Shown piece by piece: positions 8,446 to 18,339 of a stretch of 64,000 nt of DNA (position 1 is the stretch's first letter; each line of letters begins with the position of its first letter). A program made the position numbers and the translations under genes. The stretch lies in the NCBI GenBank assembly GCA_045532055.1, contig JAZSFF010000026.1, forward strand, positions 24,291 to 88,290, in the 5' to 3' direction. Origin of the DNA: Clostridia bacterium (GTDB taxonomy: Bacteria; Bacillota; Clostridia; Monoglobales; Monoglobaceae). The notes under the pieces are model-generated. The model saw nothing but the letters and a program-made list of their open reading frames with translations. It made no database searches and was not told the DNA's origin.

Positions 8446-9234
8446 TTAATCCTTAATCATTATAAAAGCGCCCATTCTTCCGGTAGAGTCTTTATGAACA
8501 CGGTAAGAATAAAGCATATCGTTGTTACATATTGTACAAAGTCTTAAAACATCAATATTTTCCCTTTTGATTCCGCAACCTTCCAGAATATCCATGTTTG
8601 CTTTCCACAAATCCACTTTGAATTTATCATCGTACTTTGCAACAAATCTTTCATCAAATTGCAGTGCCACTTCTTCACCCGTCTCAAAACAACATGGACC
8701 TATGGATGGGCCTATGGCAACTTTTATGTTTGCAGGGTCGGCACCAAATCTTGACGCCATAATTCCAACAGCATTTCTGGTTATACCCGCCACTGTTCCA
8801 CGCCATCCCGAATGAACAGCAGCAACAACTCCCACATTAGAATCAGCAAGAAGAACAGGCACGCAATCCGCATAATAAACCACCAATGGCAGATTTTTTA
8901 TATTGGTTACCAGTCCATCCACATCCCGAATATCACTTTCACAACTTACGCCCTTGCCCGCATCTTCTTCTGTTATAATCTTTATATTTGCCGAATGGGT
9001 TTGATTGCCGGCAGTTATTTTCTCAAAAGCAAACCCCATATCCTCTGCCACAAGGAAATAATTTGCTCTTACGGATTCAAAGTTATCTCCACAGCGAAAT
9101 CCCAGATTAAGCCCTTCTATGTTGCCCCTGCTTTCACCGCCGCATCTGGTTGTAAAACAATGGGTTATGCCCTCGATTTCTTCAAGTAAATCACTTTTAA
9201 AATAGACTCTGTCAGCAAATTGTTCTTTCTTCAT
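8446..9234 (-). CDS. pgeF: peptidoglycan editing factor PgeF / YfiH laccase-domain protein
   Basis: 262 aa with TRCGG, ADCVPV and HSGWRG motifs typical of the YfiH/DUF152 family. Confidence 0.85.
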   Translation of the reverse strand: MKKEQFADRVYFKSDLLEEIEGITHCFTTRCGGESRGNIEGLNLGFRCGDNFESVRANYFLVAEDMGFAFEKITAGNQTHSANIKIITEEDAGKGVSCESDIRDVDGLVTNIKNLPLVVYYADCVPVLLADSNVGVVAAVHSGWRGTVAGITRNAVGIMASRFGADPANIKVAIGPSIGPCCFETGEEVALQFDERFVAKYDDKFKVDLWKANMDILEGCGIKRENIDVLRLCTICNNDMLYSYRVHKDSTGRMGAFIMIKD

Positions 9235-9243
9235 CTTTTCTCC

Positions 9244-10029
9244 TTAAATCTCTGTCGCGGAAAAATTTAATCGTTCAACACCTAAAACCTTTTTTGTTTT
9301 GTCATCTATTTCAAAGACGGCACCATTGAACCATACCTCACCCTCGGCTTTTTCAAACCTATATTTTTTGCGGGTATAGTACATATCTATTATAATCTCT
9401 TTTTTGACCCCAAGGATTGAGTCCCTGACCCCTGTCATTCCCAAATCGCTTATATATCCCGTACCACCGGGCAAAAGACGTTCATCAGCTGTTTGGACAT
9501 GGGTATGGGTACCAAAAACCACTGCCACCTTGCCGTCAAAATAGTTGCCAAATGCCAGTTTTTCACTTGTTGTTTCTGCATGGAAATCAACTATTATTAT
9601 GTCTGCTTTATTTTCCATTTCTTTTATTGCTTTTTCTGTTGCTCTGAACGGGCAATCAACAGCATCCATATTGATTCTGCCTATGGCATTGATAACACCA
9701 ATCCTTATATATCCCAAATCGTCAACAAAGTAACCCGATCCCTCTGTCTCTGATGGAAAATTGGCAGGTCTTATTACCTGCGGAATATCAGAGAGCACCT
9801 GGGCATATTCACGATTGGCAAAGGTATGATTTCCCAATGTTATAACATCAACACCGCTGCGCAGCAATGTATTGGCTATATCAACAGTTATTCCGTTTGT
9901 TGCCGCGGCGTTCTCGCCGTTTGCAATACAATAATCTATATTATACTTCCTTTTTATTCTTCCTAAATTGTTATATATAAATTCACGTCCGTCTGACGCT
10001 ACAATATCACCTATTGCAAGAATTTTCAT
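9244..10029 (-). CDS. ymdB: YmdB-family metallophosphoesterase
   Basis: 261 aa with MKILAIGDIV, ANGENAA and TLGNH motifs. Lies downstream of rny, as in Bacillus. Confidence 0.85.
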   Translation of the reverse strand: MKILAIGDIVASDGREFIYNNLGRIKRKYNIDYCIANGENAAATNGITVDIANTLLRSGVDVITLGNHTFANREYAQVLSDIPQVIRPANFPSETEGSGYFVDDLGYIRIGVINAIGRINMDAVDCPFRATEKAIKEMENKADIIIVDFHAETTSEKLAFGNYFDGKVAVVFGTHTHVQTADERLLPGGTGYISDLGMTGVRDSILGVKKEIIIDMYYTRKKYRFEKAEGEVWFNGAVFEIDDKTKKVLGVERLNFSATEI

Positions 10030-10057
10030 ATTTTGTTTTCCTCTTCTAAAATTTTTA

Positions 10058-10531
10058 CTACCAGTTTATACCTTTAATGCACACATAAATAGCAAAGCAA
10101 ATACCGACAACAAGCATAACAAACCCACCGATTTTGTTTGACAAGAAATAGTAATCCGAAATTTCTACATCGTCAATATTGTCAATACAAGTAAAATGTT
10201 GCAGTTTAAACAAAAACTCCGCTTTAAATACACATAGATAGTATCCCAATAAAAGGAACAATGTAATAAAAGCAACCGGGAAAATCGGTCCATTTTCTAT
10301 CACAAGCAAAACATATGCAGGGATACATATGATACAGTAAACTACTATAGCCAGCCTGAGAAAAAGATGATGCCGTCTGTCACGCGTTTCCTCTTTTTTG
10401 AAAAATTCATTTACCATATTTTCTGAATAATCTTCCGGTTCTGGGGCTATACCGCCTATGGAATTCATGCACTCCAAACAAAGCACAGCACTATCCGGAT
10501 TTTGGGTCTGACACCAAGGACAAATTTTCAT
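10058..10531 (-). CDS. zinc-ribbon membrane protein, unknown function
   Basis: 157 aa. N-terminal CPWC...CLEC, then about 3-4 hydrophobic helices. Confidence 0.6.
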   Translation of the reverse strand: MKICPWCQTQNPDSAVLCLECMNSIGGIAPEPEDYSENMVNEFFKKEETRDRRHHLFLRLAIVVYCIICIPAYVLLVIENGPIFPVAFITLFLLLGYYLCVFKAEFLFKLQHFTCIDNIDDVEISDYYFLSNKIGGFVMLVVGICFAIYVCIKGINW

Positions 10532-10556
10532 TGTTCAGCCGCCTTTCAAATTGACA

Positions 10557-10585
10557 GAAAAAGGCTGCAAAAAGCAGCCTTTTCC
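10557..10585 (-). terminator. rho-independent terminator after rny
   Basis: Hairpin AAGGCTGC-aaaaa-GCAGCCTT at 10561-10581, flanked by an A-run and a T-run. Confidence 0.6.
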
Positions 10586-10602
10586 ATGGAGCTGTAGGCT
10601 CC

Positions 10603-12186
10603 TTACTTCGCATATTCAACTGTTCTGAGTTCACGAATAACATTGACTTTAATCTGTCCAGGATATTCCATTGAACTCTCAATCTTTTTAACAATATCCT
10701 TTGCCAAAAGGATTGTTTCGTCATCATTTACGTGGTCAGGCTTAACCATAATTCTCACTTCACGTCCAGCCTGGATTGCGAATGATTTTTCAACACCATC
10801 AAATGAATTTGCAATTTCTTCAAGTGCCTGAAGTCTCTTGATATACGACTCGATGTTTTCACGTCTTGCACCTGTTCTTGCTGCAGAAATAGTATCCGCC
10901 GCCTGAACAAGACATGCTACACATGAGTTAGGCTCCACATCGCCGTGGTGTGCCATAATAGCGTGGATAACCTTGTCGTTTTCCTTATACTTTTTGGCAA
11001 CATCTGCACCGATTGTAACGTGTGAACCCTCAACTTCATGGTCAATCGCCTTACCAATATCATGAAGAAGTCCTGCACGTTTTGCCAGAGAAACATCAAC
11101 ACCAAGTTCTGCCGCCATAAGACCTGCAATGTGAGCTACCTCAACAGAATGTTTAAGAACATTCTGGCCATAACTTGTACGGTATTTAAGTCTACCCAGA
11201 AGTTTAATGAGTTCCGGATGGAGACCGTGAACACCTGTATCAAATGTAGCCTGTTCACCCTCCTGCTTGATTATAGCTTCAACTTCTTTTCTTGATTTTT
11301 CAACAGTTTCTTCAATACGTCCCGGATGAATTCTTCCGTCAACGATAAGTTTTTCAAGAGAAAGTCTTGCAATCTCACGCCTTACCGGGTCAAAACCTGA
11401 AAGAATAACAGCCTCGGGTGTATCGTCAATTATCAAATCAACACCAGTCAAGGTTTCAATTGATCGGATATTTCGACCCTCACGACCGATAATTCTGCCC
11501 TTCATTTCGTCATTAGGAAGCTGTACCACAGAAACCGTAGTCTCTGCAACCTGATCAGCAGCACAACGCTGAATTGCTCCTGTGATAATGTTTCTGGCTT
11601 TTGCATCAGCTTCTTCTTTTGCCTGTTCTTCGATACTCTTAATCAACAAAGCCGCGTCATGTCTTGCATCGATTTCAACCTGTTTAAGAAGCAAATCCTT
11701 TGCCTCTGCCACAGAAAGTTCTGCAAGTTTCTCAAGCTGTGACATCTGAAGTTTCTTAACCTTTTCAACTTCTTCTTTAAGTTCATCAACCTCTGCCAGC
11801 TTATTCTGTACCTGTTCTTCCTTTTTTTCAAGAACCTGAGTCTTTTTGTCAATGGCATCCTCTTTTTGCTGCACACGACGTTCCTGTCTTTGGAGCTCAT
11901 TGCGTCTTTCCTTTATTTCTTTATCCAGTTCATTGCGTTCTTTATGTATTTCTTCCTTTGCTTCTAAAAGTCTTTCTTTTTTTGCATGTTCTGCATCTTT
12001 AACTGCTTTTGATTTTGCACCTTCAATAATCTTTTTTGCTTCTTCTTCTGCACTGTTTATCTTAAACTCGGCAACCTTTCTTCGATATGAATAACCGAAT
12101 CTGAAAGCCAAGAACATTCCAATTATGGCAACAATAACAATACCTAAGATAACTGCTATTTGCATTCCGTCTATAATGGTAAACAC
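10603..12186 (-). CDS. rny: ribonuclease Y
   Basis: 527 aa with an N-terminal TM helix, E/K-rich coiled coil, KH domain ([12 protein letters not shown]) and HD domain (LLHDIGKA). Start codon is uncertain: GTG at 12186 or ATG 21 nt downstream. Confidence 0.93.
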   Translation of the reverse strand: MFTIIDGMQIAVILGIVIVAIIGMFLAFRFGYSYRRKVAEFKINSAEEEAKKIIEGAKSKAVKDAEHAKKERLLEAKEEIHKERNELDKEIKERRNELQRQERRVQQKEDAIDKKTQVLEKKEEQVQNKLAEVDELKEEVEKVKKLQMSQLEKLAELSVAEAKDLLLKQVEIDARHDAALLIKSIEEQAKEEADAKARNIITGAIQRCAADQVAETTVSVVQLPNDEMKGRIIGREGRNIRSIETLTGVDLIIDDTPEAVILSGFDPVRREIARLSLEKLIVDGRIHPGRIEETVEKSRKEVEAIIKQEGEQATFDTGVHGLHPELIKLLGRLKYRTSYGQNVLKHSVEVAHIAGLMAAELGVDVSLAKRAGLLHDIGKAIDHEVEGSHVTIGADVAKKYKENDKVIHAIMAHHGDVEPNSCVACLVQAADTISAARTGARRENIESYIKRLQALEEIANSFDGVEKSFAIQAGREVRIMVKPDHVNDDETILLAKDIVKKIESSMEYPGQIKVNVIRELRTVEYAK

Positions 12187-12345
12187 CCCCTTATATCAAA
12201 TTTGACGTCATATCATAGATTATATCAATCTCTGGGTTTTTCGCCAGTGTTAACACCCGCAAAATACGGATGTAAAAGTTATGCAAAGAAATACATTAAA
12301 ACAAACTGTATATAAGAATTAACGCTTTAAAATACATACAATATA

Positions 12346-12390
12346 ATTCTAATAAATTTTCACCATTTTGTCAAGTGTTTTTAGTTAAAT
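12346..12390 (-). promoter_or_regulatory. sigmaA promoter of rny with an A-rich upstream element
   Basis: Minus strand reads TTGACA (12369-12374), 17 nt, TAGAAT (12346-12351), preceded by ATTTAACTAAAAACAC. Confidence 0.5.
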
Positions 12391-12395
12391 AGACA

Positions 12396-12425
12396 CAAAA
12401 AAAGAGGTGCAAAATCACCTCTTTG
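12396..12425 (-). terminator. rho-independent terminator after the S4-domain gene
   Basis: AGAGGTG-caaaat-CACCTCT hairpin at 12403-12422 with a T-run on the minus strand. Confidence 0.65.
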
Positions 12426-12429
12426 ACTT

Positions 12430-12675
12430 TTACAGAGAAACCACTTCATAAAGCGTGGCTGCATCACTCTTGCCCACCTGTTCACGGACATCGGTTACCC
12501 TGACGTTGAGCACTCGACTCCCGAATCTTATTTCAATGATGTCTCCAACTTTCACATCATAAGACGCCTTGACAACCTTGCCGTTTACCGAAACTCTGCC
12601 GCCGTCACATGCCTCATTAGCAATCGTACGTCTTTTTATGAGTCGTGAAACCTTTAAATATTTGTCCAGCCTCAT
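12430..12675 (-). CDS. S4-domain RNA-binding protein (YabO/Hsp15-like)
   Basis: 81 aa starting MRLDKYLKVSRLIKRRT, a typical S4 motif. Follows mazG, as in the Bacillus yabM-yabN-yabO order. Confidence 0.8.
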   Translation of the reverse strand: MRLDKYLKVSRLIKRRTIANEACDGGRVSVNGKVVKASYDVKVGDIIEIRFGSRVLNVRVTDVREQVGKSDAATLYEVVSL

Positions 12676-12689
12676 AAAGACATCTCCTT

Positions 12690-13379
12690 TCAGCCTTCGT
12701 ATTTTGAATATTCCTGAATAAAGGTTTCTATCTGGCGGTTTAATGCTGTTTCAGCATCAATTCCCATCTTTTTAGCCACAGAAACAGTCTCAAACAAAAC
12801 CTTGCCGATGTATTTTTCTGCAATCTCAGGTTCGGTATTGCCAAGCATAACATTCAAAAGATTTGCAATGCTTTCTGCAGCAAAAACAGGCTCACTGAAA
12901 ACATAACCGCCTTTTTCCGCCTTGCTTTGGATTTTCTGTGCACGCATCAGAGACGGGAGGTACTTTGAAACCTCTTCCATGTCCTGCGCAACAGTCTTTT
13001 GCCCTCTGTCATCACGCTTTATCTGATTCCAGTTTGCAAGAACTTCGTTTGAATCCCTAACCTTTACATCTCCAAAAACGTGTGGGTGTCTGTGTATAAG
13101 TTTGCGACAAACCGCATTAATTACATCATCAATGTTATACTCTCCTTTTTCCTTGCCTATCTGGGCATGAAAAACAACCTGCAAAAGCAAATCTCCGCTT
13201 TCGTCGGCAACATTTTCCCAATCCTCATTGTCCAGGGTCTCAATAAGTTCATAGCCCTCTTCAATTATGGATTGTTTTATGCTTTGGTGGGTCTGTTCCA
13301 TATCCCATGGACATCCACCCTCACCTCTCAACTTTTTTACAATTTCAAGCAAGTCATCAAATTTATAATTCTTTTCCAT
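12690..13379 (-). CDS. mazG: MazG-family nucleoside triphosphate pyrophosphohydrolase
   Basis: 229 aa with GCPWDMEQTH and EEGYELIE...ESGDLLLQVVFHA motifs. Confidence 0.85.
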   Translation of the reverse strand: MEKNYKFDDLLEIVKKLRGEGGCPWDMEQTHQSIKQSIIEEGYELIETLDNEDWENVADESGDLLLQVVFHAQIGKEKGEYNIDDVINAVCRKLIHRHPHVFGDVKVRDSNEVLANWNQIKRDDRGQKTVAQDMEEVSKYLPSLMRAQKIQSKAEKGGYVFSEPVFAAESIANLLNVMLGNTEPEIAEKYIGKVLFETVSVAKKMGIDAETALNRQIETFIQEYSKYEG

Positions 13380-13388
13380 GATTTTCTC

Positions 13389-15098
13389 CTACAGTAACTT
13401 GTATTTTTCCAGCAATCCCGCAATTTTTTCACCTTTGGGCAAATTAAGCACGTCATCGCGTTTGAGAGCTTTGACAAGGATTACAGCAACAGCATAAACA
13501 ACTACGCCAACGCCTATTGCAGCAATTGTAACCAATCTTGAACCCGGCATAAGTGCCGACAAGGCATTATATACAACAGATACCACTGCACCCATAACCA
13601 ACGCCGCACACAGAGGCTTTATCGCTAAATCCATTATATTTATTCTTGCTTCAAGCATCCGCACTATACACACAAGATTAAGTACTGCAATTATTCCATA
13701 GCATGCAGCCGTGGCAATGGGGGCTGCATCTATTCCCCAGACGGGAATCAGTGTATAGTTCATAAATACCTTTACAACTCCGCCGATAAGCATGTTGAAT
13801 ACAGGATAATAAACCTTTCCGTATGACTGAAGAACAGAGTTGCTCACAGAAACCAATGCCACAAAAGGCACAGCAAAGGCAAGTTTTTGCAAAAGATATC
13901 CCGCGTTTGCATCACTGTACAAAAGTCTTAAAATAGGCGATGAAAGAACAAAAAATCCCATTGCGCAAGGAAGTGCAAACAGCATTGTTATTCTGAGAAC
14001 ACTTGCTGTCATGCTCTGTGCTTGTTCCCGTTTTCTTTCCGCAAGCGCTGTTGATATTGCAGGGACTATACTCATGCTGATTCCCACAACAATGGTAAGT
14101 GGCAGATTGAACATGGTCTGCGCCTGACCGGTATATACACCATAGAGGGAATTTGCTTTCTTTTGAAGAAGTGTGATACCCTTCCAACCTTCCTCTATTG
14201 CCTTGCCAAAAAACTCTGTGCCTTCCGCAAAGATATGCGCATATGAATCAAACACATCGGGGTTTACCACCAATCTGTTCATGATGGTAGCAAGGTCCAC
14301 AAGGCTTGTGAGACTTGATACCGACGCACCGATAGTAATGGGAATTGCAATTTTTATAAGATTTTTTAGTATATCACTTCTGGGTCTTATACTTTGTCCC
14401 GGAACTGGTTTTATTCTTTTTTCTTTGCAACTGAATATAATCAACATCAGCACAAGTGCAAGAAGCGTACCCGACGTAACACCAAAAATTGCGCCCGTTG
14501 CAGAATACATAGTTCTTGAATGTGCCGAAAACCCAGAACTTGTGCCCGGAATGTTTATTGCCATATTCATAAACACCATTGCTGCAACAATACCAATAAG
14601 TAATTTCGCACTTGCCTCTACTACCTCAGAACCGGCTGTTGGGTACATATTCTGTTTACCCTGGAAATAACCGCGGTATGCAGATACTAGGGAAACAAAG
14701 AACACCCCCGGAGCAATCACCCTGATTCCCAGTGCAGAATCCGGATTGCCCAGAAATGCTGCCAAATTACCCGCAAACACATAAAGAACTGTACTTCCTA
14801 TAAGGCCTATAACTCCAAGTAAAAATGTTGCCGTCTGGAAAATACGCCTTGCGTCATATTCGTCGCCTCTGGCAATGCTCTCCGCCACCATTTTTGAGAC
14901 AGCAATAGGGAATCCGGCAGTTGCAATAATAAACATGAATGTATAAATCTGGTATGCAACATTGAATATACCGCTTCCGTCTTCACCAATGAGGTTATAA
15001 AGTGGCACCTTGAAAAGTGCACCTATAATCTTAACCAACAGGTTTGCCCCAGCCAGAATCAACGCACCTTGCAAGAATTTTTTCTCCTTGTTCTTCAA
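13389..15098 (-). CDS. MOP-superfamily polysaccharide/lipid II flippase (SpoVB/YabM/MurJ-like)
   Basis: 569 aa polytopic membrane protein. Position upstream of mazG matches yabM. Confidence 0.8.
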   Translation of the reverse strand: MKNKEKKFLQGALILAGANLLVKIIGALFKVPLYNLIGEDGSGIFNVAYQIYTFMFIIATAGFPIAVSKMVAESIARGDEYDARRIFQTATFLLGVIGLIGSTVLYVFAGNLAAFLGNPDSALGIRVIAPGVFFVSLVSAYRGYFQGKQNMYPTAGSEVVEASAKLLIGIVAAMVFMNMAINIPGTSSGFSAHSRTMYSATGAIFGVTSGTLLALVLMLIIFSCKEKRIKPVPGQSIRPRSDILKNLIKIAIPITIGASVSSLTSLVDLATIMNRLVVNPDVFDSYAHIFAEGTEFFGKAIEEGWKGITLLQKKANSLYGVYTGQAQTMFNLPLTIVVGISMSIVPAISTALAERKREQAQSMTASVLRITMLFALPCAMGFFVLSSPILRLLYSDANAGYLLQKLAFAVPFVALVSVSNSVLQSYGKVYYPVFNMLIGGVVKVFMNYTLIPVWGIDAAPIATAACYGIIAVLNLVCIVRMLEARINIMDLAIKPLCAALVMGAVVSVVYNALSALMPGSRLVTIAAIGVGVVVYAVAVILVKALKRDDVLNLPKGEKIAGLLEKYKLL

Positions 15099-15256
15099 AG
15101 CGACGCCTCCTTGTCAACTATATAAATATAATACTTTCAAACCAAAACTACCGGCATCAAAGACGCCCACTCACAATAGAATACTACAAAACCTGCAAAA
15201 CGTCAAGTCTTGCCTTTTATGTATATGTCTGCCAGTTTTCTTGACAGACATTGTTC

Positions 15257-15508
15257 TTACCTTTTTGCAATGGCACAGTCAAGGATTATTCCACCCAGTA
15301 TAAACTGAACAAACAGGCTAAATGACGCCTGAATAATATTTATGCAAAAAACTTCATTTGCATACCCTCCTATGCACCACTGATTATACTTGTATGCAAA
15401 AATTCCTATAAGAAGTACCCCAAGTGCTGTCTTTGTACCATAAGTCATCAACAGTCTTGAGGGCACAGACATCTTGTTTTTCAGCATAATCAAACCCCCT
15501 ATTTCCAA
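15257..15508 (-). CDS. small hypothetical membrane protein
   Basis: 83-aa ORF with two hydrophobic segments. No recognisable family. Confidence 0.4.
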   Translation of the reverse strand: MEIGGLIMLKNKMSVPSRLLMTYGTKTALGVLLIGIFAYKYNQWCIGGYANEVFCINIIQASFSLFVQFILGGIILDCAIAKR

Positions 15509-15754
15509 ACATAATTTACATTTAGGTTAACATAAAATCTTATAGTTTGCAACAATAACTCTTTTAATTCCATTTTTTCCTTGATTTTTCGGCATTTTTT
15601 AACAGTATTTGTTTTGTCGTTTTTTGTCGATGTAAACATTGTGAAATTGTTTTAATCTAGCTATAAAATAAAAATATCCCTCAAAGCAAGGGGGCTACAC
15701 TCCCTCTCAGGATTGGGTCCCCTTGCACCAAATCTAATTCAGGAGGCAAAACAA

Positions 15755-16009
15755 ATGGACAAAAACAGTTTTACCAAGCCCATAGCATCTGCCGATGGTA
15801 TCAATTTCTATGTAATCAGCAGTGATGCCACAGTTCCCCACCCCTTTGGAATTGCGGCAACTATGGACACTGACCCAATGGATTCCGCGGTCATCGAAAA
15901 CATGTTTTTCACACGTGAAGAAGCCGAAAAGTGTTGTTTATGGTTGGCTGATAATTCAGTTTTTCCCGTTACACTTTGCGATGTTCTAAGCAATCTGTAT
16001 TGTATCTGA
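15755..16009 (+). CDS. hypothetical protein (84 aa)
   Basis: ATG at 15755 is preceded by AGGAGG at 15741-15746. The 15713 start in the ORF track lies in intergenic repeat-like sequence. Confidence 0.5.
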   Translation: MDKNSFTKPIASADGINFYVISSDATVPHPFGIAATMDTDPMDSAVIENMFFTREEAEKCCLWLADNSVFPVTLCDVLSNLYCI

Positions 16010-16118
16010 TACCTACCCCTGTTTTTTCACATATTCAAAAAGGATTTGTCTTTTTTACGGAACACTTTCCATAAACCGAAAATTGACAAATCTTTTTTGA
16101 TTTTGTGTAGGTCAATAT

Positions 16119-16152
16119 AAAAAAGCCCCCTGCAACGCAGGGGGCTTTAGTT
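16119..16152. terminator. bidirectional rho-independent terminator
   Basis: GCCCCCTGC-aac-GCAGGGGGC hairpin at 16125-16145, flanked by an A-run and a T-run. Serves the EF-G paralog (minus) and possibly the 84-aa ORF (plus). Confidence 0.7.
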
Positions 16153-16158
16153 TTAATA

Positions 16159-18219
16159 TTATTCCTTGCTTTCAGCAATAATCTTTTCAACAACATTAGG
16201 AGGAGCATCCTGGTATCTTTCAAATTCAAATTCATAGCTACCTTTTGCCTGTGTCATTGATCTGAGGTCTGATGAATATGAATGCATTTGAGCCATAGGA
16301 ACTTCACCCTCAATAAGAGTAATGCCGTCACCCTGAGGTGTCATTCCCAACATCTGACCGCGGCGCTTGTTAATATCGCCGATTATATCACCGGTATAGC
16401 TGTCAGGAACAAAAACCTTGAGATGGCCGATAGGCTCCAGAAGAACGGGGCTTGCCTGTTCCATACCTGCCTTAAAAGCAAGTGATGCAGCAGTCTTGAA
16501 CGCCATTTCAGAAGAATCAACGGGATGGTAAGAACCATCAAGCAATGTAGCCTTGAGGCCAACCATTGGATAACCCGCCAGAATACCCTGTTTCATACTT
16601 TCCTGAAGACCTTTTTCAACTGCAGGGAAGTAGTTTTTGGGAACGCTGCCGCCAAACACCTTTTCTTCAAACAAGAGTCCATCATCATGCGGTGCAAATT
16701 CAATCCATACATGACCATACTGACCATGACCACCTGACTGCTTTTTGTGCTTTCCTTCAACCTTAACAGTTTTGCGAATTGCTTCACGATAAGCAACCTT
16801 GGGTTCAGTAAGAGCAACTTCAACCCCGAATTTGCTCTTAAGCTTGTTGATGAGGATATCAATGTGCTGGTCGCCCATGCCTTTGATTATCATCTGATGT
16901 GTCTCGGTGTTATTTTCAATCACAAAAGTCTTGTCCTCGTCCATAAGTTTACCGAGACCCTGGCTTATCTTTTCTTCGTCGCCCTTTGCCTTGGGAACAA
17001 CCGCCATGGATGTGTTGGGCTTTGCAAATTCAATAGCATCAATAACTATACGGTCACTGATACTGCACAGTGTATCGCCGGTATTTGTGCTTGCCAGTTT
17101 TGTCACAGCACCAATATCACCGGCATTGAGCTTTTCAACCTCAATCTGTTTTTTACCCACAACAGCAAAAATCTTGCCCACTCTTTCATTAGTGCCTGAA
17201 ACAGCGTTATAAACCGTTGTATCAGGTGTCATAATTCCTGAATAAACCTTGAAGTATGACAATTTGCCAACATATGGGTCAGCAACAGTCTTGAAAACAA
17301 GTGCCGCCAACGGGTCATTCACGTCAACCTTGCGACGTGCATCTGTTCCGTCCTCTTTCTTTGCAATGAAGAAATCATCAGAAGAATCGGGAGCGGGGAA
17401 GTATGCATTTATTGCATTCATAAGTGACGAAATACCAAGTTTGTTGTATGCACTGCCGCACAGCACAGGCACAATATCACCTGCCGCAACACCGGCACGC
17501 AGAGCCTCATATGTCTCCGCCAGTGTAAAGCTCTCACCGGCAAAGTATCTGTCCATAAGTTCCTCAGAACTTTCTGCAACAGCTTCGTTTATCATTTCGC
17601 GGATTGGAGCGATGTCCGCCTCCATACCCTCAGGTATAGCCGCTGTGACTGTTCTGTCACCCTCAAACTTTCTAGCTTCGCCCTCAACCACATTGACAAA
17701 GCCTGTTATCTTTTCGCCCTCACGGATAGGAACCTGCAAGGGAGCGATTTTCTTTCCATATTTTTCTCTCAACTGATCCAGAACACCGTAATAATTCACG
17801 CGTTCATCATCGACCTTGTTTATAAATATCATTTTGGGAATGCCTGCATCATCTGCATACTTCCAAGCCTTTTCTGCACCAACCGTAAGACCTGACTTAC
17901 CGCTGAGAACTATGATTGCCGCATCAGCAACCTTGACACTTTGCTGAACCTCACCAACGAAGTCAAAAAATCCGGGGGTATCTATAATATTAAACTTTGT
18001 TCCGCTCCAGTCACAGGTTGCAAGAGACGCACTTATGGAGAATTTGCGCTTGATTTCCTCAGGGTCAAAGTCCATAACAGTGTTTCCGTCCTGAGTTCTG
18101 CCCATTCTCTCCACCGAGCCTGCTGTATACAGCATAGCCTCTGCCAGCGATGTCTTTCCCGAGTTACCGTGGCCTAAGAGACAAAAGTTTTTGATTTTTG
18201 AAGTTTCATACAATTTCAA
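16159..18219 (-). CDS. elongation factor G paralog (EF-G2-type translational GTPase), stand-alone
   Basis: 686 aa with G1 GHGNSGKTS, DTPG and NKVD, plus EF-G domains II-V. TTG start 7 nt after GGAGGG. Not in an rpsL-rpsG-fusA-tuf context. Confidence 0.88.
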   Translation of the reverse strand: MKLYETSKIKNFCLLGHGNSGKTSLAEAMLYTAGSVERMGRTQDGNTVMDFDPEEIKRKFSISASLATCDWSGTKFNIIDTPGFFDFVGEVQQSVKVADAAIIVLSGKSGLTVGAEKAWKYADDAGIPKMIFINKVDDERVNYYGVLDQLREKYGKKIAPLQVPIREGEKITGFVNVVEGEARKFEGDRTVTAAIPEGMEADIAPIREMINEAVAESSEELMDRYFAGESFTLAETYEALRAGVAAGDIVPVLCGSAYNKLGISSLMNAINAYFPAPDSSDDFFIAKKEDGTDARRKVDVNDPLAALVFKTVADPYVGKLSYFKVYSGIMTPDTTVYNAVSGTNERVGKIFAVVGKKQIEVEKLNAGDIGAVTKLASTNTGDTLCSISDRIVIDAIEFAKPNTSMAVVPKAKGDEEKISQGLGKLMDEDKTFVIENNTETHQMIIKGMGDQHIDILINKLKSKFGVEVALTEPKVAYREAIRKTVKVEGKHKKQSGGHGQYGHVWIEFAPHDDGLLFEEKVFGGSVPKNYFPAVEKGLQESMKQGILAGYPMVGLKATLLDGSYHPVDSSEMAFKTAASLAFKAGMEQASPVLLEPIGHLKVFVPDSYTGDIIGDINKRRGQMLGMTPQGDGITLIEGEVPMAQMHSYSSDLRSMTQAKGSYEFEFERYQDAPPNVVEKIIAESKE

Positions 18220-18287
18220 TTTTCAACCCTCCTAAATGTAGTCAAATACAGAACCAACAGCCATGGCTGTTTGCATCTATTAGTACA

Positions 18288-18316
18288 ATTATACAATGAT
18301 TTTTCAATCTTTTCAA
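18288..18316 (-). promoter_or_regulatory. sigmaA promoter of the EF-G paralog
   Basis: Minus strand reads TTGAAA (18311-18316), 17 nt, TATAAT (18288-18293), with TG at the extended -10 position. Confidence 0.55.
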
Positions 18317-18339
18317 CCAAATACCAAACAATATTTTTT

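Noticed and set aside
10491-10727. 78-aa ORF bridging the rny 3' end and the zinc-ribbon gene
   Set aside because: It overlaps both real genes and runs through the rny terminator hairpin. Spurious.
11643-12094. Arg/Lys-rich and Ser-rich ORFs inside rny (85 aa minus strand off-frame; 82 aa plus strand)
   Set aside because: These are frame-shifted or antisense readings of the E/K-rich coiled-coil region of RNase Y, a low-complexity artefact.
15676-15729. Possible extra solo copy of the MITE arm upstream of the 84-aa ORF (ATCCCTCAAAGCAAGGGGG...GGGTCCCCTTGCACC)
   Set aside because: Only short shared strings with the 21033-21180 arms (ATCCCTCA, CCCTTGCAC). The similarity is too weak to claim by eye. 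It does explain why the ORF track extends that ORF to 15713.
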